A stretch of DNA of 64,000 nt from Parcubacteria bacterium C7867-005 (GCA_001189165.1 LFCO01000001.1:84321-148320); one strand, 5' to 3'; counted from the stretch's first letter, positions 18,306 through 28,510 are shown. Notes: generated by a model not told the origin, from the sequence alone. Translations and numbers: made by a program.

Positions 18306-20010
18306 ACATTTATTTAGGAGATTTAGAAAGAGCATTAGTCGGGGTCACAAGGATATAGATCCCGAGGATATTTTCTTGGACTCAGCAAACCTTCCTGGGT
18401 TCGCTGAAAACCGCTTCGAAGGGAGGATAGAGAAACCAATATCAGGAAATACTTTTTTATTGGTAAGGGGTTTTTTGATTTTATTATTAATTCTTTCGTT
18501 TATTAAACTTTGGGAACTACAGGTCATAAAGGGACATGTCTACAAAGAGATTTCTGAAAACAACAGACTGGCTCACACTCTGATTTTCGCCAACAGGGGA
18601 GTTATCTATGATAGGAACGACATAGAACTTGCTACTAACGAAGTCAAAGAGGGTAATGTGGATTTTGCTGCCCGTTTGTATGCTCCTTATAAAGGTCTCG
18701 CGCATGTTGTGGGCTACCTCAAATATCCTCTCAAGGATTCATCTGGATATTACTATGAGGAGGATTATATCGGTCAGGCGGGGGTAGAGAGGATTTATGA
18801 TGAAATTCTATCAGGCAAAAATGGTCTCAAGATAACAGAGACGGATGCGCTTTCGAGGATCACTTCAGAAAGTCTGATACATAGACCAGAGGATGGAAAG
18901 GATCTGAATCTCTCTGTAGATGTCCGACTCACGAGCGAGTTGTACAAGGCCATAGAGAATACTGCTAAAGCTCGAGGCTTTACCGGAGGAGCTGGGGTGA
19001 TTATGGATGTTAATACAGGGGAGATTCTAGCCCTCACAAGTTATCCAGAATATGACCAAAATATGGTCACCGCAGGTAAAGATAAAGCTGAGATTTCTAG
19101 ACTTTTTAACTCCAAAGATAAACCATTTTTGGATCGGGCAGTGAATGGTCTTTATACTCCTGGTTCTATCGTCAAACCGATTGTTGCCCTTGCTGCTTTG
19201 AATGAAAAAATAATCGATCCAAGCAAACAAATACTTTCTACTGGATCGATTTCTATCCCTAATCCCTATGATAAGACAAAATCATCTGTTTTCAGGGACT
19301 GGAAAGCTCATGGGTGGGTTGATCTACGGAGGGCACTCGCCGTGTCGTCTGACGTCTATTTCTATGCGGTTGGTGGTGGATTCGAGGATCAAAAAGGTTT
19401 GGGGATATCGAATATAGATCGTTATTTCAAAATGTTCGGTTTATCCGAGAAGACCTCTATAGATCTACCAGGAGAGACTACTGGCGTGGTGGCTAATCCA
19501 GAATGGAAAAGCAAAAATTTTAATGGAGAACCATGGAGGCTTGGCGATACATATATAACTGCTATTGGGCAGTACGGTACTCAGGTCTCTGTGATCAGTG
19601 CAGTCAGGTGGGTAGGGGCCATAGCCAACGAAGGTACTTTGTTGGTCCCATCAGTTATCAAGGGTGGTAATGATGAAGATGATCGTGTTTTTCGAACCAT
19701 AGATTTACCACAAGATGTCTGGCGCATAGTCAAAGAGGGTATGAGGGCAGGCGTACAGCCTGGTGGTACCGTGACATCTTTGAGTCACCCGGCAGTGGCT
19801 GTGGCGGCGAAAACAGGTACAGCAGAACTTGGTATTTCTAAGCAGTTTGTTAACTCTTGGGCTACTGGATTTTTCCCTTATGAAGCACCCAAATATGCCT
19901 TCGCTATATTGATGGAAAAGGGGGATAGGGCCAATCTGGTGGGTGCTTCTGCCGCGATGCAACAAGTACTGAATTGGATGATTTTGAATACTCCAGAGTA
20001 TATAAAGTAG
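18298..20010 (+). CDS. mrdA: Penicillin-binding protein 2
   Basis: RG.IYDRN, GEILAL.S.P.YD, PGSIVK (SxxK), SSDVYFY, KTGTAE. Confidence 0.93.
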   Translation: MHRHLFRRFRKSISRGHKDIDPEDIFLDSANLPGFAENRFEGRIEKPISGNTFLLVRGFLILLLILSFIKLWELQVIKGHVYKEISENNRLAHTLIFANRGVIYDRNDIELATNEVKEGNVDFAARLYAPYKGLAHVVGYLKYPLKDSSGYYYEEDYIGQAGVERIYDEILSGKNGLKITETDALSRITSESLIHRPEDGKDLNLSVDVRLTSELYKAIENTAKARGFTGGAGVIMDVNTGEILALTSYPEYDQNMVTAGKDKAEISRLFNSKDKPFLDRAVNGLYTPGSIVKPIVALAALNEKIIDPSKQILSTGSISIPNPYDKTKSSVFRDWKAHGWVDLRRALAVSSDVYFYAVGGGFEDQKGLGISNIDRYFKMFGLSEKTSIDLPGETTGVVANPEWKSKNFNGEPWRLGDTYITAIGQYGTQVSVISAVRWVGAIANEGTLLVPSVIKGGNDEDDRVFRTIDLPQDVWRIVKEGMRAGVQPGGTVTSLSHPAVAVAAKTGTAELGISKQFVNSWATGFFPYEAPKYAFAILMEKGDRANLVGASAAMQQVLNWMILNTPEYIK

Positions 20011-20070
20011 ATTTGATTTTTGGGGTGGTTTAGCGTACTATACGTCCCCATAATCGTGCCAAAATAAGCC

Positions 20071-20538
20071 ATGAACACAGACAAAGAATATCTGACAGAA
20101 GCCAAATACAACGAGTTCAAAAAAGAGCTTGAGACCCTGAAAACCACCAAGCGCAAGGAGATTGCCGAAGCACTTGAATACGCCAAGTCACTCGGTGACC
20201 TTTCTGAAAACGCAGAATACCACGAAGCCAGAGACACCCAGGCTCGTGTGGAAGACCGCATCAACCACCTCGAAGCACTACTCAAGCATGCTTCAATCGT
20301 ATCTAACCACGACACAAATAAAGTTACCGTTGGTTCTGTTATCAGTGTGGTAAAAGAGGGCTCGAAAGATGTATCCGTCTATACCATCGTCGGTTCAGAA
20401 GAAGCAGACGCGTCACAAGGCAAGGTGTCTCTTCGTTCTCCACTCGGACAGTCTGCACTTGGCAAATCTAAAGGGGAATCTTTTTCTTTCAAAACTCCAA
20501 GCGGTCAGATGACCTACAAAGTCGTAGACATCAAATAG
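20071..20538 (+). CDS. greA: Transcription elongation factor GreA
   Basis: GDLSENAEYH.AR; IVGS.EAD...G.VS..SPLG. Confidence 0.97.
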   Translation: MNTDKEYLTEAKYNEFKKELETLKTTKRKEIAEALEYAKSLGDLSENAEYHEARDTQARVEDRINHLEALLKHASIVSNHDTNKVTVGSVISVVKEGSKDVSVYTIVGSEEADASQGKVSLRSPLGQSALGKSKGESFSFKTPSGQMTYKVVDIK

Positions 20539-20570
20539 CATCTCTGCTTAAAAACTAGTAAGCTAGATAA

Positions 20571-21929
20571 ATGGCATCTATAGAAGAAATCCGAGAGGCG
20601 CGCCTTCTGAAGCTCAAAATCCTACAAGAAAAGGGTATAAATCCTTATCCAGCAAAATCCAAACAGGACATAACTTGTATTGATGCAGTTAGTCAGTTCG
20701 ATTCACTTGTGGCAGATGGTAAACCTCTCTCCATGGTCGGTCGGGTATTGTCCATACGTGCACAAGGCAAGATTATTTTCATAAACTTTGATGACGGTAC
20801 TGGTCGTTTTCAGGCTCTACTCAAATCTGGTGAACCGCTTCCGGTAGAGACCTTCGAATTGTTCGAAAACGCTTTTGACATAGGGGATTTCGTCGAATTA
20901 AAAGGAACTTTCTTTTTGACCAAGAGGGAAGAGAAGACTCTTTTGGTAGAGGATGTGAAGATGCTCTCCAAGTCTCTTCGCCCACTACCAGAAAAGTGGA
21001 GTGGACTCCAAGACATCGAAGAGAGGTTTAGGAAAAGATATCTTGACCTCATCAGTAGTCCAGAGGTCAAAGAGAGGTTTATGGTTCGTTCCAAAATAGT
21101 TTCCTTAATCCGAGAGTTTTATCAGAAATCTGGGTATGTAGAAGTGGATTTGCCGAACCTCCAGCCGCTTGCTGGTGGGGCGACCGCAGCACCGTTCACC
21201 ACTCACCACAATGCTTTGGATATGGATTTCTATCTGCCTATCGCTCAAGAGCTTTATCTAAAAGAACTTTTGGCTGGTGGTATGAACCGCGTCTTTGAGA
21301 TCGGCAAGCGTTTCAGGAACGAAGGTATAGACACTACTCACAACCCAGAATTCACCATGCTTGAATCAAACGCGGCTTATGAAGACGCGGAGATACAGAG
21401 GGGTTTTATTCAGGATTTATTTAGATTCGTAGTTAAGGGGCTTTTTGGTAAACTCCAATTTGAATATAAAGGTGAAATGATCGACCTGGAACCAGATTTC
21501 AAAGTTTTGAAGTATCCAGACATGACTGACGAAGAATACAAGAAAGAACTTCGACCAACACTCATCCAACCCACATTTATCATTGACTATCCTGTCGCTT
21601 TCAATCCATTCGCCAAGAGAAAGGAGGATGATGAGAAGCTCATCGACCGATTCCAACTCGTCATACACGGCACAGAATTAGTGAATGCGTTTTCAGAATT
21701 AAATAATCCTATTGATCAAAAAGAAAGATATCTTGAAGAAGATAAGAAAGGGAAGAAGGGGAACAAAGATATTTCTCCATCAGATCAAGAATACCTAGAA
21801 GCGATGGAATACGGCATGCCTCCGAATGGCGGTATAGGGATAGGTATAGACCGCTTGGTCATGCTCCTTACGAATGTAGAAAACATAAAGGAAGTGATAC
21901 TTTTCCCGACCCTGAAGCCAAGAAACTAG
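20571..21929 (+). CDS. lysS: Lysyl-tRNA synthetase (class II)
   Basis: [45 protein letters not shown]. Confidence 0.97.
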   Translation: MASIEEIREARLLKLKILQEKGINPYPAKSKQDITCIDAVSQFDSLVADGKPLSMVGRVLSIRAQGKIIFINFDDGTGRFQALLKSGEPLPVETFELFENAFDIGDFVELKGTFFLTKREEKTLLVEDVKMLSKSLRPLPEKWSGLQDIEERFRKRYLDLISSPEVKERFMVRSKIVSLIREFYQKSGYVEVDLPNLQPLAGGATAAPFTTHHNALDMDFYLPIAQELYLKELLAGGMNRVFEIGKRFRNEGIDTTHNPEFTMLESNAAYEDAEIQRGFIQDLFRFVVKGLFGKLQFEYKGEMIDLEPDFKVLKYPDMTDEEYKKELRPTLIQPTFIIDYPVAFNPFAKRKEDDEKLIDRFQLVIHGTELVNAFSELNNPIDQKERYLEEDKKGKKGNKDISPSDQEYLEAMEYGMPPNGGIGIGIDRLVMLLTNVENIKEVILFPTLKPRN

Positions 21930-21933
21930 CTAC

Positions 21934-21963
21934 TTGACAAAGTGGTATAGTTTGTGCTAGTAT
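21934..21963 (+). promoter_or_regulatory. Sigma70 promoter of GC-rich unit 4
   Basis: TTGACA-18-TAGTAT with extended TG, 4 nt after the lysS stop. Confidence 0.7.
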
Positions 21964-22018
21964 CAGAAGGAAACTGATCTTCAGTACGTCCACAACCACC
22001 CCAGACACGGAGTAGCAG

Positions 22019-22672
22019 ATGCGTTTGTTCGTGCGTTTCCTCTGCCTCGTCATGCTGATGTGCATGGTCGAGAAGAACGTGCTCGCCCAGGAGAACCCGC
22101 GGGCCATGGAACTCAAGTCGATCACCGTCGGCTCCGGCCGCGACGCGATCGCGAGCGGGATCGTCGGCACCGCGATCTTCAATTCGCGGGATGGCAAGCT
22201 GTACGGTGACTTCACCGTCCAGGCACAGCAGTCCTGGCTCACGATGGGTAGGAACTTCGGCACGAAGACCAAGGCGACCATCGGTGGCACCATCGGATAC
22301 TTCCAGGGTGCACCATTCGTCGGCCCGTATGTCTTCGTCACTCGACCGATCGCACCCAAGATCTCCAAGATCTCGGTTAGCGGTCTCTACTGGCCAGCCG
22401 TCTTCGCATGGGAGCCGAGCGAATGGAAGAACGACGGGGTGAAGAACCCCGAGCCCCTCGCCATCGGCAACTTCGGCATGGTGTCGATCGGTACGGACAG
22501 GGTGAGACTCACTTACGCCCTGCTCGACTTCATGGATGACCCGTTCAATCGACTCCCGGGGATCTCGATCTCGGCGCCGTACGCAAAGAAGATGGTCTTC
22601 AATGCGAACGCGACCTGGAATACGGTCGGTGAGGAATGGATGTTCTACATGGGGATGACCTGGTCCCGCTAG
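22019..22672 (+). CDS. GC-rich secreted protein, probable outer-membrane beta-barrel
   Basis: GGAG SD; signal peptide ending VLA-Q; alternating amphipathic strands; C-terminal strand WMFYMGMTWSR. Confidence 0.65.
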   Translation: MRLFVRFLCLVMLMCMVEKNVLAQENPRAMELKSITVGSGRDAIASGIVGTAIFNSRDGKLYGDFTVQAQQSWLTMGRNFGTKTKATIGGTIGYFQGAPFVGPYVFVTRPIAPKISKISVSGLYWPAVFAWEPSEWKNDGVKNPEPLAIGNFGMVSIGTDRVRLTYALLDFMDDPFNRLPGISISAPYAKKMVFNANATWNTVGEEWMFYMGMTWSR

Positions 22673-22733
22673 CACAGGGGCCTTTTTGATACAAAAAGTA
22701 AGTATAAGAAGTGTGGATAACTATGCTAGTAGA

Positions 22734-22780
22734 GTGGAGGCTGGTGGGGTACAATTTCACTTGAGTGGGAGAAAGTGGGA
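22734..22780 (+). promoter_or_regulatory. MraZ operator (GTGG direct repeats)
   Basis: GTGGAG 22734, GTGGGG 22744, GTGGGA 22765, GTGGGA 22775, at ~10-bp phasing upstream of mraZ. Confidence 0.7.
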
Positions 22781-22792
22781 AACAAACAAATC

Positions 22793-23227
22793 ATGTTCAT
22801 AGGCGAGTACACACATACGGTAGATGAGAAAAAAAGAATCTCATTACCGGCCAAGTTCAAAAAAGAATTAGGCAAGAAAGTCGTCGTCACTCGCGGACTC
22901 GATAATTGTCTTTTCCTCTTCACTCACAAGACGTGGACAGACATATCCAAAGAGACTGCCAAGCTTGATTTCAAACAAGCAGATGCCCGAGGATTCTCTA
23001 GGTTCATGTTCTCCGGTGCTTCAGAGATAGATGTAGATTCGATGGGGAGAATTCTAATCCCTGACTATCTCCGAGAGTTCGGGGATGTCAAAAGCTCTGT
23101 GGTGTTTGCCGGAGTGCATGACCGAATAGAAATCTGGAATGAGAAGCGTTGGGATACATACAAGAAATTGATTGAATCCCAAGCGGACATGATGGCTGAA
23201 AAACTTGGCACAGTAGGGATAAGGTAG
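22793..23227 (+). CDS. mraZ: Division/cell wall cluster repressor MraZ
   Basis: MFIGEY.HTVD.K.R..LPAKF, D..GRILIP, GV.DRIEIW. Confidence 0.96.
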   Translation: MFIGEYTHTVDEKKRISLPAKFKKELGKKVVVTRGLDNCLFLFTHKTWTDISKETAKLDFKQADARGFSRFMFSGASEIDVDSMGRILIPDYLREFGDVKSSVVFAGVHDRIEIWNEKRWDTYKKLIESQADMMAEKLGTVGIR

Positions 23228-23228
23228 T

Positions 23229-24125
23229 ATGGCTCACGTCACTGTACTTTTACATGAGGCGATCGACAATCTAGATCTTAAATCCGGAGAAATCTTACTC
23301 GATGGGACACTTGGTGCAGGTGGGCACAGCGCCCTCGTCGCAGAAAGGTTCGGAGATGATGTAGAGATCATCGGGCTCGATAGAGACCCTGAAGCGATTC
23401 AAAGAAGTGAAGAGAGGTTGCGGACTCTTACCACTTCGGCTTATTTCAGAAACGAAAGTTTCAAGAATTTAGATCAAGTTATCGATTCGTTAGGGATAAA
23501 AAAAGTAGATGCGATCCTCCTTGATCTGGGGATATCATCTGATCAGCTCGATGCAGAGGGCAGGGGATTTTCTTTTCAAAGAGACGAACCTCTCTCGATG
23601 ACTATGTCAGGCGGCGATAAAGATTTCGACGCTGCCACGATCCTCAATACCTTTGATGAAGAAGCACTCGAACTTATCATCAGGGGTTTTGGAGAAGAGA
23701 AGTTTTCTAGACGTATCGCCAAGGAGATAGTAGAGAGAAGAGAGATCAAATCGTTTGCTACGACGTTCGAACTTGTAGAAGCAGTGCGCGCTGCCACGCC
23801 CACTGTCTACCATCGAGGGAAACTCCACCCCGCGACCAGAACGTTCCAAGCACTACGCATTGCGGTTAACGCAGAACTCACTGCCTTAGAGGAGGGCTTA
23901 GAGAAAGGATTCAAATCTCTCTCGGTCGGAGGTCGATTCGCAGTGATCACCTTCCACAGCCTCGAAGACAGGATCGTCAAACAATTTTTCAAAAACAAAG
24001 TAGTAGAGGAAAAGGCCGTAGCTATATCCAAGAAGCCCATTACTCCGACCGAAGAAGAGATAAAAGAGAATCCCAGGTCGAGGAGCGCCAAGCTCCGAGT
24101 GATAGAGAAGCAACAAGAAGAATAA
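23229..24125 (+). CDS. rsmH: 16S rRNA m4C1402 methyltransferase
   Basis: DGTLGAGGHS, DLGISS.QLD...RGFSF, HPATRTFQALRIAVN, FHSLEDRIVK, NPRSRSAKLR. Confidence 0.97.
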   Translation: MAHVTVLLHEAIDNLDLKSGEILLDGTLGAGGHSALVAERFGDDVEIIGLDRDPEAIQRSEERLRTLTTSAYFRNESFKNLDQVIDSLGIKKVDAILLDLGISSDQLDAEGRGFSFQRDEPLSMTMSGGDKDFDAATILNTFDEEALELIIRGFGEEKFSRRIAKEIVERREIKSFATTFELVEAVRAATPTVYHRGKLHPATRTFQALRIAVNAELTALEEGLEKGFKSLSVGGRFAVITFHSLEDRIVKQFFKNKVVEEKAVAISKKPITPTEEEIKENPRSRSAKLRVIEKQQEE

Positions 24126-24126
24126 A

Positions 24127-24438
24127 ATGTACAAAACCAAAACAATTTCATACGATAGCAGAGCCCTCGCTTTCTGGACTCTCACTTCTCTATGTGCTCT
24201 TTCTTTAGTAATTTATATATATGGTATCAATGCGACTGTGCATAACACTGTCACCAGACAGAATATGGAAAAACAAGTTTCGAGTATAACCACCGCCCTA
24301 GGAGAAATGGAATTCAAATACATCTCTTTGAAGAACAGCATCTCACTTGAAGTTGCTTATGAGAAGGGTTTCAAAGATGTAGATACTCCTGTGTTCATAT
24401 CCAGAGCTTCTACTCCTACTCTTTCTATAAATAGATAA
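24127..24438 (+). CDS. FtsL-like cell division protein
   Basis: TM plus coiled coil, positioned between rsmH and ftsI. Confidence 0.6.
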   Translation: MYKTKTISYDSRALAFWTLTSLCALSLVIYIYGINATVHNTVTRQNMEKQVSSITTALGEMEFKYISLKNSISLEVAYEKGFKDVDTPVFISRASTPTLSINR

Positions 24439-24443
24439 ATCTT

Positions 24444-26189
24444 ATGAAAGAAGCTTCAAACAGGCTTCGATTCCTCTCGATAGCAGTCATCGTATTTGCC
24501 CTCGTCCTTATCTCTAAACTCTATTGGGTGCAGATAGTTTCTGGAGATAGATATGAAGGATTGGCTGATCATCAGTATGTTGCTGGATCGAGTTATTTTG
24601 ATCGTGGTTCGATTTTCTTTAGTGCCAAGGATGGTTCGACCGTTCCTGCTGCCACTCTTAAAACAGGATTCATTCTGGCTATAAATCCTCAGATCTTGTC
24701 AAAAGATCCAGACATCGGAGCGGTTTATGAAAAGATAAATAATATTACCCCTATAGATAAAGATTCTTTCTTGTCGAAGATAAACAAAGAATCAGATCCG
24801 TATGAAGAAATAGAGAACAAGTTGTCACAAGACGTGGCGGATCAGATAAGCGGTTTAAAAATCAAAGGTGTATCTGTGTACAAAGAAAAGTGGCGTATCT
24901 ATCCAGGTGATTCTATGGCCGCACAGACAGTTGGATTTATAGGATATAAAGGGGACGAACTTGCAGGTAGATACGGACTCGAGCGTTTCTATGAACCACA
25001 GCTCGGGCGTTCAGGAGATGAAGCATTTGTGAATTTTTTTGCAGAAATTTTTTCCAATATAAAAAAACGAGTTGTCGATGGCGGGAGTCTAGAGGGTGAC
25101 ATAGTCACTACTATAGAACCTACCGTAGAGTCATATCTTGAAGCAGAGCTTAAAAAAGTAAATGACAAATATCACTCAGAATTTACTGGAGGTATAGTGA
25201 TCAATCCAAAGAATGGAGAAATCTATGCCATAGGGATGGACCCAACATTCAATCCAAATGATTTAAAGAACGAAAACGACCCAAGTGTGTTTAGAAATAA
25301 ATTTGTAGAAGACAGGTATGAGATGGGCTCGATCATCAAACCACTCACGGTTGCTGCCGGACTCGATTCAGGAGCCATAACCCCAAAGACAACCTACAAA
25401 GATCCTGGTTGTATGACACTGAACAAAAAAACTTTCTGCAACTATGACCTGAAGTCACACGGCTCCCTCGTGCCGATGCAGACGATCTTGAGCAAATCTC
25501 TCAATACAGGAGTTGCTTTTATAGTGAACAAAATGGGCAAAGAAGTTTTCGCAGACTATATGTTCAAATTTGGACTGGCAACTACGACGGGCATAGATCT
25601 ACCAAATGAAGGTCACTCGTTGGTTTCTAACCTCAACTCTCCACGTGATCTGGAACACGCCCAAGCATCGTTTGGTCAAGGTATAGCCCTCACGCCGATC
25701 ATCACTGTGCGTGCGCTTTCTGCATTGGCGAATGGTGGTGTACTCATCAATCCGCATCTGGTCAAAGAGATCAAGCACAAGATTGGCACTGCCGACAAGA
25801 TTGAGTTCGAAGAGAGCCAAAGAGTTCTTAAACCAGAAACTACCGAGGAGATCAGTAGGATGCTCACAGAGGTTGTAGACCGTGCATTAAAGAACGGCAC
25901 AGTTCGTCTAGAGAACTATAGTATCGCGGCCAAAACGGGTACAGCACAAATAGCAAAATCCGGAGGTGGGGGATACTACGAAGATAGATATCTCCACTCC
26001 TTCTTTGGATATTTCCCTTCATTTGATCCCAAGTTCCTCATTTTCCTATACACCTTCCATCCTAAAGAGGTGAAGTATGCTTCGGAAACTCTTACTGATA
26101 CTTTCATCAACATGGCAAAATTTTTGATAAACTACTATGATATTCCTCCAGACAGAGAAGCCCCACCACCAGCCACAGTAAAAATATGA
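24444..26189 (+). CDS. ftsI: Septal penicillin-binding protein (PBP3)
   Basis: YEMGSIIK (SxxK), SLNTG, SFGQG, KTGTAQ; dcw context. Confidence 0.9.
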   Translation: MKEASNRLRFLSIAVIVFALVLISKLYWVQIVSGDRYEGLADHQYVAGSSYFDRGSIFFSAKDGSTVPAATLKTGFILAINPQILSKDPDIGAVYEKINNITPIDKDSFLSKINKESDPYEEIENKLSQDVADQISGLKIKGVSVYKEKWRIYPGDSMAAQTVGFIGYKGDELAGRYGLERFYEPQLGRSGDEAFVNFFAEIFSNIKKRVVDGGSLEGDIVTTIEPTVESYLEAELKKVNDKYHSEFTGGIVINPKNGEIYAIGMDPTFNPNDLKNENDPSVFRNKFVEDRYEMGSIIKPLTVAAGLDSGAITPKTTYKDPGCMTLNKKTFCNYDLKSHGSLVPMQTILSKSLNTGVAFIVNKMGKEVFADYMFKFGLATTTGIDLPNEGHSLVSNLNSPRDLEHAQASFGQGIALTPIITVRALSALANGGVLINPHLVKEIKHKIGTADKIEFEESQRVLKPETTEEISRMLTEVVDRALKNGTVRLENYSIAAKTGTAQIAKSGGGGYYEDRYLHSFFGYFPSFDPKFLIFLYTFHPKEVKYASETLTDTFINMAKFLINYYDIPPDREAPPPATVKI

Positions 26190-27481
26190 TCAAAGATATC
26201 CTCAAACGCACAGTCATACATCTCCTACAAAAACAGGCCAAGTTTGTTCTAAGGAAATACAACCCCAAAATTGTGGCTATCACTGGTACCGTAGGCAAAA
26301 CCAGCACCAAAGATTCACTTTACACCGCATTATCCAGGTTCTATTTCGTAAGGGCGAGTCAGAAGAGTTTTAACAATGATTTTGGTATTCCTCTTACTAT
26401 CCTGAATTTACCAACAGCAGGAAGCGATATGCTTGGTTGGGCGAGGAACTTACTCGAAGGTCTATCACTTATGATCATGCCCAGCCATTATCCAGAGTGG
26501 CTTATTCTCGAAGTGGGGACTGATAGACCGGGGGACATAGCCGCAGTTACTTCGTGGATCAAACCCGACGTGGTGATTGTGACCAAACTTTCCAAAGTAC
26601 CAGTGCATGTAGAATTCTTTGGTTCACCAGAAGATATTTTTGAAGAAAAAGGTAATTTGATTAGAGCACTGAAGATGGGAGGAATCCTCGTCCTCAATGC
26701 AGATGATGAAGATGTTCTTTCCTATAAAAATTTATCTGATGAGAGGGTTGTCTCGTTTGGGCAGAAAGAGGGTGCAGACATCACAGCGAGTGACTATGAA
26801 GTTCTTTATGATGAAGAGAATCAGCCCAAGGGTATAACATTCAATGTCTTGAATAAAGAAGAAATCCACCCAGTTTACCTAGCTGGCACCGTCGGGGCGC
26901 ATCATGTTTATCATGTATTATCGGCTTTTGCTGTTTGTTTTGCTTTGGGTGAACACCTTTCTATCGCTGCCAAGGCTTTCAAAAATCATGAACCCACTCC
27001 AGGCAGAATGCGTTTATTGCCAGGCATCAAAGAGAGTACTGTCGTCGATGATTCATATAACTCATCACCGGTGGCCGTCGAGGAAGCATTGAAATCTCTT
27101 TCTACAATAAAAAAATCTAAACGAAATATAGTTGTGCTGGGCGACATGCTCGAACTCGGGAGATATTCCATAGATGAACACAAGAAAGCCGGCGCACTGG
27201 CATCCAAGGTAGCAGACATATTGGTCACCGTGGGGATCAGGTCGAGGTACATCGCTGAATCTGCCTTGAACGAAGGCATGGATGAATCAAAAGTACTCCA
27301 GTTTGATGGATCCGAAGAAGCGGGTTCATATATTCAAAATATTATAAAGAAAGGGGATTTGGTTTTGGTTAAGGGCTCCCAGGGTGTCCGTATGGAACGT
27401 GTCGTAGAAGAGATCATGGCTCATCCAGAAGATAAAGAACATTTACTAGTTAGACAAGAGGAAGAATGGAGAAATCGGTGA
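26186..27481 (+). CDS. murF: UDP-MurNAc-tripeptide:D-Ala-D-Ala ligase
   Basis: ITGTVGKTSTK, GIPLT.L, DDSYNSSP, LGDMLELG, VKGSQG.RME. Confidence 0.92.
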   Translation: MIKDILKRTVIHLLQKQAKFVLRKYNPKIVAITGTVGKTSTKDSLYTALSRFYFVRASQKSFNNDFGIPLTILNLPTAGSDMLGWARNLLEGLSLMIMPSHYPEWLILEVGTDRPGDIAAVTSWIKPDVVIVTKLSKVPVHVEFFGSPEDIFEEKGNLIRALKMGGILVLNADDEDVLSYKNLSDERVVSFGQKEGADITASDYEVLYDEENQPKGITFNVLNKEEIHPVYLAGTVGAHHVYHVLSAFAVCFALGEHLSIAAKAFKNHEPTPGRMRLLPGIKESTVVDDSYNSSPVAVEEALKSLSTIKKSKRNIVVLGDMLELGRYSIDEHKKAGALASKVADILVTVGIRSRYIAESALNEGMDESKVLQFDGSEEAGSYIQNIIKKGDLVLVKGSQGVRMERVVEEIMAHPEDKEHLLVRQEEEWRNR

Positions 27482-27550
27482 CCCTACAGAGAATCGAACT
27501 CTGATTTGATCCTTGAGAAGGATCCGTCCTAACCGTTAGACGATAGGGCC
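27479..27550 (-). tRNA. tRNA-Glu (anticodon CTC), CCA not encoded
   Basis: GGCCCTA acceptor/TAGGGTC-A; D arm CGTCTAACGGTTAGGACG; anticodon arm GATCC-TTCTCAA-GGATC; T arm CAGAG-TTCGATT-CTCTG. Promoter TTGAAA-17-TATTCT upstream. Overlaps the murF stop. Confidence 0.95.
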
Positions 27551-27629
27551 ATAAACGTAGAAAGAATAGCCGAAATAAGCCCATTTTTCAACCCCAGCCA
27601 CCACAGTTCCCAGAAGTCCATCAGCCAGC

Positions 27630-27683
27630 CCCGTGTCAACCTGCCAGGTTGACACGGGCATCACCACACGCGAGTGTGGTGAT
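27630..27683. repeat. REP-like palindrome plus GCGA-tetraloop hairpin
   Basis: CCCGTGTCAACCTG-C-CAGGTTGACACGGG, then ATCACCACAC-GCGA-GTGTGGTGAT. The 23-bp core recurs at 40071-40093. Confidence 0.75.
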
Positions 27684-27707
27684 TTTGTTTTGTGATAGTA
27701 TTTCTAT

Positions 27708-28076
27708 ATGAAAAAGTGTTTGTCTATTTTGATATTTTTACTTGTGCTAATCGTTGGCTGTTTCTTTTTGATTGTCTCGAATGACAACATGGTTTCTGCG
27801 CCAGAAGAAAACGAACTATCAACAACGATTTCCTCGAATGTTAATCCATCCGGTAGAATTATGTTCATCGACGATTACATCAAACAGAATATTTCTGAAC
27901 TTTCTCCGGAGAAAGAAGTGCTCGGAGGCAAATTCTATGTTACAGAGATATCTTCAGGTGATGGTATGGGCACAGTGTCATACGAAGACGGTCATGTTTC
28001 TTATACTGCCGATTTTACCTATCTGACAAATGAGAACACTGGGCACACTGTTACCTCGTTTGTTTTAAGGAAATAG
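27708..28076 (+). CDS. Membrane-anchored hypothetical protein
   Basis: N-terminal TM; YIKQNISELSPEKEVLGGKFYVT...YEDGH; TAGTAT 6 nt before ATG. Confidence 0.75.
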   Translation: MKKCLSILIFLLVLIVGCFFLIVSNDNMVSAPEENELSTTISSNVNPSGRIMFIDDYIKQNISELSPEKEVLGGKFYVTEISSGDGMGTVSYEDGHVSYTADFTYLTNENTGHTVTSFVLRK

Positions 28077-28139
28077 TCTAGTTTTTATTTATATTTGTTG
28101 TATAGTTCTTGTGGACACACCACACTGGTCGGAGGGACC

Positions 28140-28478
28140 ATGTCACGAAAGGGGGCGGTGCATCAGTACTATGTTCGTTCCTTGGATGAACATACGAGTA
28201 AGTCTGTATCGAGGAGTTTTCCCGACGCCGACTTTATCACCGAAGTGGCATGTGCTGGGGGCGAAAGCTTTCCCATGCACATGTGCAGTGAGGAAGTAGT
28301 CAAATTCCTTCGGAGAAGCAACAAGAAGAGCGGTGGTGACTACGGGTTCGAGGTCTATGTGCGTAGACGCCAGGGCGACAAGGTCGTCCACAAGCAGATC
28401 GAACCGGAGGTAAGGCAGAAACGAGCACTCAAGCGACAAGTGCTCAGCAGACTGAGGAGAATCACCGCCAAGAGCTAA
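28140..28478 (+). CDS. GC-enriched basic hypothetical protein (unit 5)
   Basis: TATAGT at 28101; leader GGACACACCACACTGGTC-GGAGG-GACC-ATG; stop codon sits in the loop of hairpin ACCGCCAAGA-GCTAA-TCTTGGCGGT. Confidence 0.7.
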   Translation: MSRKGAVHQYYVRSLDEHTSKSVSRSFPDADFITEVACAGGESFPMHMCSEEVVKFLRRSNKKSGGDYGFEVYVRRRQGDKVVHKQIEPEVRQKRALKRQVLSRLRRITAKS

Positions 28479-28510
28479 TCTTGGCGGTCTTAATTTGATA
28501 CAATATCTAC

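Noticed and set aside
20071-20538. greA as a member of the GC-rich family because of C-ending codons
   Set aside because: It keeps AAA/GAA codons, has no SD and is a core gene. This is ordinary high-expression codon bias.
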